The notes under the pieces: generated by a model | What the model saw: the letters and a program-made list of their open reading frames with translations, nothing else | What the model was told of the DNA's origin: nothing | Databases searched by the model: none | Assembly: GCA_036261915.1 (NCBI GenBank) | Contig: DATAJX010000005.1 | Span: 8,689-72,688 of the forward strand | Length of the DNA: 64,000 bases | Direction: 5' to 3' | From: Alphaproteobacteria bacterium | Lineage (GTDB): Bacteria; Pseudomonadota; Alphaproteobacteria; UBA2136; UBA6156 | Part shown: positions 17,045 through 26,096 of the stretch, piece after piece | How the letters are laid out: every line of letters begins with the position of its first letter | How positions within the stretch are numbered: position 1 is the first letter of the stretch | Made by a program: the position numbers and the translations under genes

Positions 17045-17112
17045 TGGATCCCCGCCTTCGCGGGGATAAATTCGTCTAGGGATTTTGCGAAGGGCAAAAC
17101 CCCAGACATCAT
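17045..17112 (+). repeat. Family-C intergenic repeat (cccgccttcgcgggg core), copy 1
   Basis: tggatccccgccttcgcggggataaattcgtctag...agacatcatt, collinear with 20314-20379. Confidence 0.65.
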
Positions 17113-17736
17113 TTACATCCCGTTGGCGAATTTGGCGTTGCTGGCGTGGCCTTTGGCACGCACGGCCTTCATCGGCTCGATATAATCCTCGAGCTGGGTC
17201 AGGTTCCAGTGCAGGCGCTCGGTGACGATGGCGTCGGCCTCGGCAGCCTCGGGCTTGGGGGCACCCGTGAACATGTTGCCGGCATCGCGGATGGCCAAAT
17301 GGTCGGGCAGGAACAGCATGCGGTTGTTTTTGGAACCGTTGAGCCGCAACTGGCTGACCGGGTAGAGCCCGCCGGTGCTGGCCGACACCCCGATGAGCAG
17401 CGCGGGCTTGTGCGACACCAGGGTGCCATTGCCCAGCAACATCAGCAGGTTTTGCAACGCGCTAGGCACCATGCCGTGGTATTCGGGCGCCAGGATGACC
17501 AGGCCGTCGGCCTTTTCGAGCTGTTCGGCCAGCGGCGCCCACACCTTGCCCCACTTCTCATCCAGCGGTTTGACGCCCCACGTGCCTTCGTCCCACAGCG
17601 GCAGGACGGTTTCGGCCAGATCAATCAGGTGCGTGTTGTGCTTGCGGGATTTGAGTTCTTTTTCGACCACGCGGGCGATGCGCGGGGTATTACCGGACGG
17701 GCGCATGCCGCCCGAGATGATGACGATGTTGGACAT
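17113..17736 (-). CDS. NAD(P)H-dependent FMN reductase-family flavoprotein
   Basis: MSNIVIISGGMRPSGNTPRIA...GLVILAPEYHGMVPSALQNLL. AAGGAG RBS. Confidence 0.8.
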   Translation of the reverse strand: MSNIVIISGGMRPSGNTPRIARVVEKELKSRKHNTHLIDLAETVLPLWDEGTWGVKPLDEKWGKVWAPLAEQLEKADGLVILAPEYHGMVPSALQNLLMLLGNGTLVSHKPALLIGVSASTGGLYPVSQLRLNGSKNNRMLFLPDHLAIRDAGNMFTGAPKPEAAEADAIVTERLHWNLTQLEDYIEPMKAVRAKGHASNAKFANGM

Positions 17737-17841
17737 GGGTTTTTCTCCTTTGTATGGAGTGCTTATAACATGGCTATTTCAATATTTCAAGATAATTGAA
17801 ATATAATTTATTGTTGCCGCAGGCACTTTGGACGCGCGAGC

Positions 17842-17925
17842 GGTTTTGCCGAACGGCAAACTTCATAAGGATAGGCCGTAACGAGCAACAGGCCGCAGAG
17901 GCCGTGCGAAGTGGGAGGCCCTTTT
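17842..17925 (-). repeat. Family-A dispersed repeat, copy 3
   Basis: Minus strand reads gggcctcccacttcgcacggcctctgcggcctgttgctcgttacggcctatcCTTATGAAGtttgccgttcggcaaaacc. Closely collinear with copy 1. Confidence 0.7.
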
Positions 17926-17940
17926 AAATCTAAACGACTA

Positions 17941-17990
17941 CTGGATTGGCTGCGCCGGTCTTCGGCTCCCGCCTTCGCGGGAATGGAGCC
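17941..17990. repeat. Family-C-related core repeat (partial)
   Basis: Shares only the cccgccttcgcggg core with 17045 and 20314. Confidence 0.4.
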
Positions 17991-17999
17991 TTCGGTTGG

Positions 18000-19454
18000 C
18001 TAGGCCTTGAACGCCGGTTGGGCGAGTTTGGCCAGTTGCTCGTGTGCGTAGGCCACTTGCAAAATCTTGCCTTCGTCGAACCGCTTGCCGATGATCTGCA
18101 GGCCCACGGGCAGGCCGTCGACCAGCCCCGCCCCCACCGACAGGCCCGGCAGGCCCGCCATGCTGGTGGGAATGGTGAACACGTCATTCAGGTACATGGC
18201 CACCGGGTCGGCGGTCTTTTCGCCGATCTTGAACGCCGGTGTGGGCGCCGTGGGGCTGAAGATGACATCGACCTTTTTGAAGGCCTCGTCGAAATCGCGC
18301 GCGATGAGGCTGCGCACCTTCATGGCCTTGGTGTAGTAGGCGTCGTAGTAGCCGCTGGACAGCGTGTAGTTGCCCACCATGATGCGGCGCTTGACCTCGG
18401 CCCCGAACCCGGCGGTGCGGGTGTTGGTGTAGGTTTCCATTAAATTCTTGCCCTCGACGCGGAGGCCGAAGCGCATGCCGTCGTAACGGCTGAGGTTGCT
18501 GGAAGCCTCGGCCGGCGCGACGATATAATAGGTGCTGGGCGCCGCGGCGGTGTGCGGCAGCGAAATGTCGACCACCTCGGCGCCTTCGGCCTCGAAGCGT
18601 TTGACCGCGTCCATCACCAGTTGCTTGATGGCGGGGTTGAGGCCTTCGATGAAGTACTCTTTCGGCAGGCCGATCTTGAGGCCTTTGAGGCTGAGGGTTT
18701 TAAGCCCTTCGCTCCAGTTGGGCACCGGCAGGTTGGCGCTGGTGCTGTCTTTTGCGTCGTGCCCGCTCATGGTGTGCAGCATCAGCGCGGCGTCTTCGAC
18801 CGTGCGGGCGAACATGCCGGCCTGGTCGAGGCTGCTGGCGAACGCCACCATGCCCCAGCGCGAGCAGCGGCCGTAGGTGGGCTTGATGCCGACCAGCCCG
18901 GTGTAGGCGGCGGGCTGGCGGATGGAGCCGCCGGTGTCGGAGCCGGTGGCGCCGAAGCATTGGTAGTCGGCCACCGCGGCGGCGGAGCCGGAACTGCTGC
19001 CGCCGGGCACGAGGCTTTCATCCCACGGGTTTTTGGTGGCGCCGTAGTAGCTGGTTTCGCCGCTGCCGCCCATGGCGAATTCGTCCATGTTCAGCTTGCC
19101 CACGCCCACCGCACCCGCCTGCCACAGCTTGGCGGTGACGGTGCTTTCATACGTCGGCTTGAAGCCGTCGAGGATGTGCGACGCGGCGGTGGTAAGGATG
19201 CCTTCAGTGCAGAACAGGTCTTTCACGCCCAGCGGCAGGCCGAGCAAGGCGCCCTTCTCTCCGGCGGCGATCTTTTTGTCGGCTTCGGCGGCCTGCTTGA
19301 GGGCGTGCTCGGCGGTGACCGTGATGAAGGCGTTGAGGTGCTTGCGCTTTTCGATGCGCGACAGCGTGGCCTGCGTGAGCTCGACGCTGCTTACTTCTTT
19401 ATTGGCGAGCTTTTTAAGGGCTTCGGTGGCGGTGAGTTGAAGGATGTCGCTCAT
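18000..19454 (-). CDS. gatA: Glu-tRNA(Gln) amidotransferase subunit A
   Basis: Met62 of ORF 18000..19637, with an ATGA overlap with the upstream gene. Amidase signature [12 protein letters not shown]. Confidence 0.92.
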   Translation of the reverse strand: MSDILQLTATEALKKLANKEVSSVELTQATLSRIEKRKHLNAFITVTAEHALKQAAEADKKIAAGEKGALLGLPLGVKDLFCTEGILTTAASHILDGFKPTYESTVTAKLWQAGAVGVGKLNMDEFAMGGSGETSYYGATKNPWDESLVPGGSSSGSAAAVADYQCFGATGSDTGGSIRQPAAYTGLVGIKPTYGRCSRWGMVAFASSLDQAGMFARTVEDAALMLHTMSGHDAKDSTSANLPVPNWSEGLKTLSLKGLKIGLPKEYFIEGLNPAIKQLVMDAVKRFEAEGAEVVDISLPHTAAAPSTYYIVAPAEASSNLSRYDGMRFGLRVEGKNLMETYTNTRTAGFGAEVKRRIMVGNYTLSSGYYDAYYTKAMKVRSLIARDFDEAFKKVDVIFSPTAPTPAFKIGEKTADPVAMYLNDVFTIPTSMAGLPGLSVGAGLVDGLPVGLQIIGKRFDEGKILQVAYAHEQLAKLAQPAFKA

Positions 19455-20005
19455 GATATCTTGCTTAACAGTTCGTTCGCTTTTTGGGGGTTGAAGGCGG
19501 AATGGATGAGGCCGCGCAGCACGCTGTCGCGGAAGGCCGGGTGGGCGATGACCTCGGTGACCAGCTGTTGCGGCGTGCAGCTTTTGACCATGATCTTTTC
19601 GCCGGCGTCGAGGTTCTGTTCGGCTACTTTTTGGCAATTGCGCGCCACGTAAAAATAGGCGGTGTGCTCGATGCGGCCGGCGGTTTGCGGCATTTGATAG
19701 AGCAGTTGCCAGTTGTCGGACGCCAGGCCCGACTCTTCAAGCAGTTCGCGCTTGGCGGCCTCGAGCGGGTCTTCGCCGTTTTCGATGCGGCCGCCGAACA
19801 TGCTGATGAACGGCGCGCGGCCCGGTTGCTCCTGCTCGGCATAATAGGCCAACCCGTCGGCCCCGATGGCGATGACGGTGGCGGTGTCGGCCCGTTTGAG
19901 GCCCTCGAACACCATGGTGCTGCCGTCGTAGCCCTGCTCGGGCCACTGGAAGACGTCGAACAGTACGCCCTCGAACACCTTTTTGGCGGTGGCGGGAATG
20001 GCCAT
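19451..20005 (-). CDS. NUDIX hydrolase
   Basis: Nudix box [23 protein letters not shown]. Translationally coupled to gatC (TAATG) and gatA (ATGA). Confidence 0.85.
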   Translation of the reverse strand: MAIPATAKKVFEGVLFDVFQWPEQGYDGSTMVFEGLKRADTATVIAIGADGLAYYAEQEQPGRAPFISMFGGRIENGEDPLEAAKRELLEESGLASDNWQLLYQMPQTAGRIEHTAYFYVARNCQKVAEQNLDAGEKIMVKSCTPQQLVTEVIAHPAFRDSVLRGLIHSAFNPQKANELLSKIS

Positions 20006-20295
20006 TATTCGACGATCCGGGGCACGACGTAAAAGCCCATTTCGGTTTTGGGCGCGATGCTCTGGTTGATGTCGCGGCGGTCGGTTTCGGTCACCACGTC
20101 GGGGCGCTCGGGCGTGCCACCCGCGGCCACCGTGCTGGTTAGGGGCTGCACGCCGTCGGTGTTGACCGCCTGGATCTGCTCGACGAACTTGATGATGTTG
20201 GCGAACTGCGCCTGGAACGCGGCCAGTTGGTCGTCTTCGAACTTCAGCCGCGAGAGGGTGGCGAGTTTCTGGATTTGTTTGGTGTCGATGCTCAT
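20005..20295 (-). CDS. gatC: Asp/Glu-tRNA amidotransferase subunit C
   Basis: 96 aa: KLATLSRLKFEDDQLAAFQAQFANIIKFVEQIQAVNTDGVQP. Confidence 0.88.
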   Translation of the reverse strand: MSIDTKQIQKLATLSRLKFEDDQLAAFQAQFANIIKFVEQIQAVNTDGVQPLTSTVAAGGTPERPDVVTETDRRDINQSIAPKTEMGFYVVPRIVE

Positions 20296-20313
20296 TATTT
20301 ACCCCGTTTAGCG

Positions 20314-20379
20314 TGGATACCCGCCTGCGCGGGCATCAATTCATCTAAGCTTTTTTAAGAAAAAAAGCTAGATATCATT
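20314..20379 (+). repeat. Family-C intergenic repeat, copy 2
   Basis: tggatacccgcctgcgcgggcatcaattcatctaag-[hairpin cttttttaagaaaaaaag]-ctagatatcatt. Confidence 0.65.
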
Positions 20380-20412
20380 GACTTTCTATGGCCCGGAACC
20401 TACCCCATACGT

Positions 20413-20889
20413 ATGTTGACGCGCAACCCCGCTGATTTACCCGCCCAAGGCCGCATCGCCGCGTTCGATTACGGCACCCGCACCGTGGGCGTGGCGCTGA
20501 GCACCAGCGACCAGAAAAGCTGCGCCAGCGCCGCCCCGCTGCAGCCGCAGGGCGGGTTTGAGGGCGTGCTGAACGCCTTTAAGGCCGCCTACGGCAGCGC
20601 CATTGTGGGCGCCGTGGTGGGCCTGCCCCTGAACATGGACGGCACCGTGGGCAAAAGCGCCGACGCCGCCCGCAGCTTTGCCGGGGTGGTGGCCAAGGTG
20701 CTGGGCGTGCCCGTTTTGCTGTGGGACGAGCGGCTGACCAGCCGGCAATCGGAAGCCGCGTTTTTTGAACAGCGCGAAGGCCGCCAGACACGGGGCAGCA
20801 AAAAGGCCAGCGGCGGCAAAACCGACAGCGGCGCCGCGGTGCTGATTTTGCAGAGTGCGCTGGACACCCGCGCCACCGACCGGCGTTAA
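20413..20889 (+). CDS. ruvX: Holliday-junction resolvase-like / pre-16S rRNA nuclease (YqgF family)
   Basis: IAAFDYGTRTVGVALS...VVGLPLNMDGT...WDERLTS. Confidence 0.85.
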   Translation: MLTRNPADLPAQGRIAAFDYGTRTVGVALSTSDQKSCASAAPLQPQGGFEGVLNAFKAAYGSAIVGAVVGLPLNMDGTVGKSADAARSFAGVVAKVLGVPVLLWDERLTSRQSEAAFFEQREGRQTRGSKKASGGKTDSGAAVLILQSALDTRATDRR

Positions 20890-21006
20890 GCCCTTTTTTT
20901 GCGCGTGGCGCTTGCGTGGGGCCGGGTGCGGGTTTAGCTTGATTTCAACACCATTCACCGCCTTGGCGGCCTCGTTTTACATATTCCTCACGTCTGGGAG
21001 ATTCCC

Positions 21007-21600
21007 ATGAACACCATCATCACCCCCACAGTGCCGGTGGCGCTGGAAGTGCGCCTGCGCGTATCGTCGATAGACGACCGCCTGCGCGAAGCCGGCAAGC
21101 GGCCCGACACCCTTGCGCCCAACTGCGCGTTGCTGCTGCAGGAAGCCATTGCCAGGTTTCCGGTGGCACTTGGCAACTTCAGCCCCTGCCTGATCGAGCA
21201 GGTGATACGCCCGGCAGGCAAGGTGGCACAGGCCACCGTTTGGCCCTGGCGCGGCACCGTGGCCTGCCTGCCCGGTGGCCTGAGCCTGCTGGATGTTTAT
21301 ACTATGGCCTCGGATGCGCTGCACCCGATCGTCAATTTCATCAACCCCCTGCAGCTGTGCCTGACCGACAGCCCCGAGCCGCTGTACTGCCTGAACCTTG
21401 ACGCCAAGGCCGTGATGCTGCCGGGCGCCGAACCCGGGGCGTTGAAGAACGCCACCTTCATGGCCCGCATGCGCGAGCACTTTGACCACTCGACCGGCTG
21501 GGAACGCGCCACCAACCCCGGCACGTTGCCGCAGGCCGAATGCCTGCTGCCGCTAAAGCCCGAACCGCCCCGCAGCGGCACCGTGGTGCAGTTGCGCTAG
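21007..21600 (+). CDS. hypothetical protein
   Basis: 197-codon ORF followed by a strong terminator. No motif recognised. Confidence 0.6.
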   Translation: MNTIITPTVPVALEVRLRVSSIDDRLREAGKRPDTLAPNCALLLQEAIARFPVALGNFSPCLIEQVIRPAGKVAQATVWPWRGTVACLPGGLSLLDVYTMASDALHPIVNFINPLQLCLTDSPEPLYCLNLDAKAVMLPGAEPGALKNATFMARMREHFDHSTGWERATNPGTLPQAECLLPLKPEPPRSGTVVQLR

Positions 21601-21616
21601 GCCTTAAAACATCGAC

Positions 21617-21648
21617 AGCCCCGGAGATTTATCTCCGGGGCTTTTTTT
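21617..21648 (+). terminator. rho-independent terminator
   Basis: agccccggagat-tt-atctccggggct followed by ttttttt. Confidence 0.85.
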
Positions 21649-21666
21649 GTGTGCTATGAGCAGGGT

Positions 21667-23088
21667 ATGAAAACGATCGTATGGTTCAGGCAGGATTTGC
21701 GGCTGGCGGACAACCCCGCCCTTAACTGGGCGGCAGAACGCGGCGACGTTGTGCCGGTGTATGTGCTTGACGACGACACCCCTCCCCCCGCCCTGCGCAT
21801 GGGTGCGGCCAGCCGCTGGTGGCTGTACCACAGCCTTGCGGCCCTGAACGCGAGTTTGGGTGGCAAGCTGGTGTTCAGGCGCGGTAAGGCCGCCGATGTG
21901 ATCCCCGCGCTGGCCGCCGAGGTGGGCGCCGATGCCGTGGCATTTAACCGCGCGTATGAAGAATGGAACATCAAGGGCGACAAGGCGCTGAAGGAAGCGC
22001 TGGGCAAAGCGGGCGTTACGGTTGAAAGCTTCAACGGCGCGCTGCTGTTCGAGCCGTGGGAGATCAAGACCAAAATGGGCGGCGACTACAAGGTGTTCAC
22101 GCCCTTTTGGGCCGAGTGCGAACGCCGTTTGCCCACCGCAAACATACAGCCCACCGAGGCGCCGAAGCTGAACCTGCTTGGGGTGATGGGCGATAGTTTG
22201 GACAGCCTGCACCTGCTACCCCCCAAACCGTGGGCCGACGGCTGGCTGGAGCTGTGGACGCCGGGCGAAGCCGGGGCCGAAGCGCGGCTGGACGAATTTT
22301 TGGCTACGGGTTTAAGCAACTACGCCAACGGCCGCAACGTGCCGAATGCCGAGGCCACCACCCGGCTTTCGGCCCACCTGCACTTTGGCGAAATTTCGCC
22401 CCGGCAGGTTTTTGCCGCGCTGGCGGGCCAATCGCTTATTAAGGGGGGCGGCCACAACGTGGATACGCTGAAGCGCGAACTCGGCTGGCGGGAATTTTGC
22501 AACCACCTGATCTATACCTTCCCCAAAATGGCCATCCAGAACTGGCGCGAAGAGTTCAACCACTACCCGTGGCAGGCCGACGAGGAAGGTTACGACCTTT
22601 GGCAAAAGGGCCAAACCGGCTACCCGCTGGTGGACGCCGGGATGCGCGAACTGTGGGCCACCGGCTATATGCACAACCGCGTGCGCATGGTGGCGGCGAG
22701 CTTTCTCATCAAGCACCTGCGCATTGACTGGCGCAACGGCGAAAAATGGTTTTGGGACACGCTGGTGGACGCCGACCTGGCCAACAACGCCTGCGGCTGG
22801 CAGTGGGTGGCGGGTTCCGGCGCCGACGCCGCGCCGTACTTCCGCATCTTCAACCCGGTGGAGCAGGGCAAAAAGTTCGACCCCGATGGTGCCTATGTGC
22901 GCAAGTGGTGCCCCGAACTGAAGGACCTGCCGGACGCTTTTATTCACGCGCCGTGGACCGCGCCGGAACATATATTGCGGCAAGCGGGCGTAAAGTTGGG
23001 CGACTCGTACCCCGGCCCGCTGGTGGACCACCAGCAGGCCCGCGAGGCCGCCCTGCACGGCTACCGCAAGATCGCGCGGCAGCATTAA
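21667..23088 (+). CDS. phr: deoxyribodipyrimidine photolyase
   Basis: Met7 gives MKTIVWFRQDLRLADNPAL. FAD-binding C-terminus DADLANNACGWQWVAGSGADAAPYFRIFNP. Confidence 0.92.
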   Translation: MKTIVWFRQDLRLADNPALNWAAERGDVVPVYVLDDDTPPPALRMGAASRWWLYHSLAALNASLGGKLVFRRGKAADVIPALAAEVGADAVAFNRAYEEWNIKGDKALKEALGKAGVTVESFNGALLFEPWEIKTKMGGDYKVFTPFWAECERRLPTANIQPTEAPKLNLLGVMGDSLDSLHLLPPKPWADGWLELWTPGEAGAEARLDEFLATGLSNYANGRNVPNAEATTRLSAHLHFGEISPRQVFAALAGQSLIKGGGHNVDTLKRELGWREFCNHLIYTFPKMAIQNWREEFNHYPWQADEEGYDLWQKGQTGYPLVDAGMRELWATGYMHNRVRMVAASFLIKHLRIDWRNGEKWFWDTLVDADLANNACGWQWVAGSGADAAPYFRIFNPVEQGKKFDPDGAYVRKWCPELKDLPDAFIHAPWTAPEHILRQAGVKLGDSYPGPLVDHQQAREAALHGYRKIARQH

Positions 23089-23091
23089 GCG

Positions 23092-23122
23092 CAAAAAAGC
23101 CCCGGATCGCTCCGGGGCTTTT
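23092..23122. terminator. bidirectional rho-independent terminator
   Basis: aaaaaagccccgg-atcgct-ccggggcttttt. Confidence 0.8.
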
Positions 23123-23127
23123 TATTG

Positions 23128-23613
23128 CTAGGCCGTACGCGGCTGCGGGTAAGGCATGGCTTCGGCAATGTGCTGCACCTTGAACCGTACCAGTTCGAGC
23201 CCCTGCCTGCTGCGCGGGCTGAGTTCGAGCTGGAGCAGCCGTTCGATGCGGTGCCACTGGAAGGTGTGCATTTCAGGCGTATCGAGCGGAAAGAACTGCC
23301 CGCACACCCGCGCAATGCCGATGTGCGCCTGCAGGTGCTTATCGGCACAGGCGAACTGCCACACGTACTGCGGCAGCACCTTGATGGCGAGGCCGGTTTC
23401 TTCGAAGGTTTCGCGCACGATGGCGTCGACGGGGCTTTCGCCTTCGTCGATACCGCCGCCGGGCAACCCGCGCTGGCCTTTTTTGCCGTTGCCGGACCCA
23501 TAGATGCCGGTCAGCACGCGGCCGTAGGCATCCATGACCACGCCCATGGCGTGGGGGCGTTTTATTTTTTGCCGTACCGGCTGGCTTCTCTCGAAAACAT
23601 GGGCTTCGGACAT
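23128..23613 (-). CDS. NUDIX hydrolase
   Basis: Met14 of ORF 23128..23652. Nudix box PGGGIDEGESPVDAIVRETFEETG. Confidence 0.85.
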   Translation of the reverse strand: MSEAHVFERSQPVRQKIKRPHAMGVVMDAYGRVLTGIYGSGNGKKGQRGLPGGGIDEGESPVDAIVRETFEETGLAIKVLPQYVWQFACADKHLQAHIGIARVCGQFFPLDTPEMHTFQWHRIERLLQLELSPRSRQGLELVRFKVQHIAEAMPYPQPRTA

Positions 23614-23713
23614 TGCTGTCTCCGTAAAAACGTCAAATGAGGTAAGGCACATATAGGCCCAACGACCCGGGGTTACAACCGGGGAGGCGCATTTTGCCGC
23701 AGCCGCCGTGTGG

Positions 23714-24640
23714 CTAGTGCTTGAGCGGTTTGAACTCGGCGTGCACGTGGCTACCCTTGCGGGTGAGCTGCGCCACGCCGTACACGTCGCCTTCCAGCTG
23801 GCGCTTAAGGATATTCAGGGCGCTTTCAGTGGTATCGCCGTTGAGCATCACGCGGTTGATGACGGCATCGACCGCCGCGGCCGGGTTGTTGGCGTGCACG
23901 GTCGTCATGCTGCCAGCGTGGCCGGTGTTGATGGCGGAACAGAACGTGAAGGCGTTCTCCTTGCGGATCTCGCCCATGATGATGCGGTCGGGCCGCAGGC
24001 GCAGTGTGGCGTTGAGCAGGTCGTTGATGCCCACCCCGCCCTTGCCGGTGTTGGAAAACAGAAAGTGGCAGGTGTTGTCGTGCGGGATCTTCAGCTCGGG
24101 CACGTCCTCGAGCACCACCAGCCGGTCGGTAAGCTGCACCTGCTTGAGGCAGGCGTTCATGAAGCTGGTTTTACCCGTGCCGGTGCCGCCGGAAATGAGG
24201 ATGGTCTTGCGCCCTTTGATGGCTTCTATCAGCGCATTGCGCTCGGCATCGTCCATCACATAGTGGCTCAGCTCGAACTCGTGCTCCTGCGCCAAACGCA
24301 CGCACAGCGTGAACTTGCGGGCGTTCTGCTGCCCGGCCACAAATTGCGCGCGGTGCCCGCCCGGCAGTTTTACCGAAAGGATGGGGTTGAGCATGCTGTA
24401 GGTTTGGCCGGTGCGCTCGGCCAGCAGGTTGAGGATGGACAGCAGGCTGTCGAGCGTCATGTCGGGCGCGGGCATGAACTGCCAGGTGCCGTCGAAGGCT
24501 TCGAAGCCGACCTCGCCCGGCTTGTTGACCACAAGCTCTTTTTTGCCCTTCAGGTGTTCGCCGTCGAGCCAGCGCAGCAGCGGCTGCGCCATTTGTTTTT
24601 CGGCGGGGCTTAAGATCAGTTCGGCGCGTTCGGTAGCCAT
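23714..24640 (-). CDS. VirB11/TrbB-family secretion ATPase (orphan)
   Basis: Met16 of ORF 23714..24685. Walker A ILISGGTGTGKTSF, RPDRIIMGEIR, and His box GHAGSMTTVHAN. Confidence 0.8.
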   Translation of the reverse strand: MATERAELILSPAEKQMAQPLLRWLDGEHLKGKKELVVNKPGEVGFEAFDGTWQFMPAPDMTLDSLLSILNLLAERTGQTYSMLNPILSVKLPGGHRAQFVAGQQNARKFTLCVRLAQEHEFELSHYVMDDAERNALIEAIKGRKTILISGGTGTGKTSFMNACLKQVQLTDRLVVLEDVPELKIPHDNTCHFLFSNTGKGGVGINDLLNATLRLRPDRIIMGEIRKENAFTFCSAINTGHAGSMTTVHANNPAAAVDAVINRVMLNGDTTESALNILKRQLEGDVYGVAQLTRKGSHVHAEFKPLKH

Positions 24641-24699
24641 CGGTTCTCTTGTTATTTGAGTGACGTTGTACCATACAGCCGTCACAGGAGAAAAACACC

Positions 24700-24966
24700 A
24701 TGCCCGCCAAAGTGGAAATTTATACCAAGGACTATTGCCCTTATTGCACCAAGGCCAAGCTGCTGCTGCAACAGCTGGGCGCAGATTTCACCGAAATAGA
24801 CTTGAGCGTGACCCCCGAAAAAATGGCCGAACTGCTGGGCCGCCGCCCCGAGGCCCGCACCGTGCCGCAGATATTCATTGACGGCACCGGCATTGGCGGC
24901 GCCGACGACCTGTATGCCCTGCACGCCCAGGGCAAACTCAAACCCCTGCTGGGGCTTGGCGGCTAG
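24700..24966 (+). CDS. grxC: glutaredoxin 3
   Basis: AGGAG RBS, VEIYTKDYCPYCTKAK active site, and TVPQIFIDG. Confidence 0.9.
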   Translation: MPAKVEIYTKDYCPYCTKAKLLLQQLGADFTEIDLSVTPEKMAELLGRRPEARTVPQIFIDGTGIGGADDLYALHAQGKLKPLLGLGG

Positions 24967-25670
24967 GGCCGCAGGGTCAGGCTCATTAAGTAGCGGGTGC
25001 CGTGGGGGGCGCTTTGCCAGCCCGCCGGGCGTATTTTAAACCGCAGCCAGCGCACCTTGCGGCTGAAAAAGCCCTGCGCCTCGGCCATTTTTTTAAGCTG
25101 CTCGGGGCGGAACAGGCTGTTCCAGCCGCGTTTTTCGGCCGGCACGCGGCCATATATATAGCTGCTGAGCAGCACGTGCAGCACCCACGCCCACGGCGTG
25201 CGGCTGATGGCCGACACCAGCAACAGGCCGTCGGGCTTCAGCAACTGGCGGCACACCCACAGCAGCTTGGCGGGGTCGGGGTGCTCTTCGAGCACGTCGA
25301 GCGCCAGCACCACATCGTATTTTTGGGGGCTGTGGATAAGGTCTTCGGCCCGGGTCTCGACAAAATTGATGGGCGTGCCGAAGGCCTCGGCCGCCGCGCG
25401 GGCGTGGGCCAGCAGCGCGGGGTTGGGGTCGATGGCCGTGACATCGGCGCCCGCCAGCGCCACGAACTGCGACATGGGCGACACGCCGCAGCCCAGATCG
25501 AGCACGGTTTTGCCGTATAAGGGGGCCGGGTCGTCTTCGCGCGCCTTGTAAAAGCCGCTGACGGCGTCGAGTATCTGCAACTGGCAGATTTGCACATATT
25601 GGCCGTAAAGCGCCGAAACAGGCGGCGGGTTACGCAATGCGGCAAGCAAACTGGCAATGCGTTTGGGCAT
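24963..25670 (-). CDS. class I SAM-dependent methyltransferase (UbiG-like)
   Basis: SAM motif [28 protein letters not shown]. Confidence 0.75.
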   Translation of the reverse strand: MPKRIASLLAALRNPPPVSALYGQYVQICQLQILDAVSGFYKAREDDPAPLYGKTVLDLGCGVSPMSQFVALAGADVTAIDPNPALLAHARAAAEAFGTPINFVETRAEDLIHSPQKYDVVLALDVLEEHPDPAKLLWVCRQLLKPDGLLLVSAISRTPWAWVLHVLLSSYIYGRVPAEKRGWNSLFRPEQLKKMAEAQGFFSRKVRWLRFKIRPAGWQSAPHGTRYLMSLTLRP

Positions 25671-25814
25671 AGGCGGCTAAACTACGCCCAAGCCCCCTTC
25701 ATAAGCAAGCTCCCCCGTAAAAAGGCCTTGCGCCGGGTGGGGTTTTCTGGCAGAAGAACCAGACCTTTAGGGCAAACAAGCGCTAAAGCAACGAAATTAA
25801 AAGGATTATTGATA

Positions 25815-26021
25815 GTGAGCACGGTCCGCGTAGACGTTCGCGAAAACGATGTAGAGCAGGCGCTGCGTCGCCTGAAGAAGCTGATGAACCGCGAAGGTTT
25901 GTTCCGCGAGCTGCGTCAACGCCGCCACTACGAAAAGCCGTTTGAAAAGCGCGCCCGCGAAAAGCGCGAAGGTATTAGCCGCAGCCGCAAGGCCGCCCGC
26001 AAGCGCGAAAACGAAATGTAG
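25815..26021 (+). CDS. rpsU: 30S ribosomal protein S21
   Basis: GTG start in the frame of ORF 25590..26021: (M)[41 protein letters not shown]. Confidence 0.88.
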   Translation: MSTVRVDVRENDVEQALRRLKKLMNREGLFRELRQRRHYEKPFEKRAREKREGISRSRKAARKRENEM

Positions 26022-26051
26022 TTCGTTTCGCCAAAACGAAATGTAGTTTGC

Positions 26052-26081
26052 AAAAAGCTCCCCCACCGGGGAGCTTTTTTT
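26052..26081 (+). terminator. rho-independent terminator
   Basis: aaaaagctcccc-accg-gggagcttttttt. Confidence 0.85.
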
Positions 26082-26096
26082 GATATAAGAGCGGTT

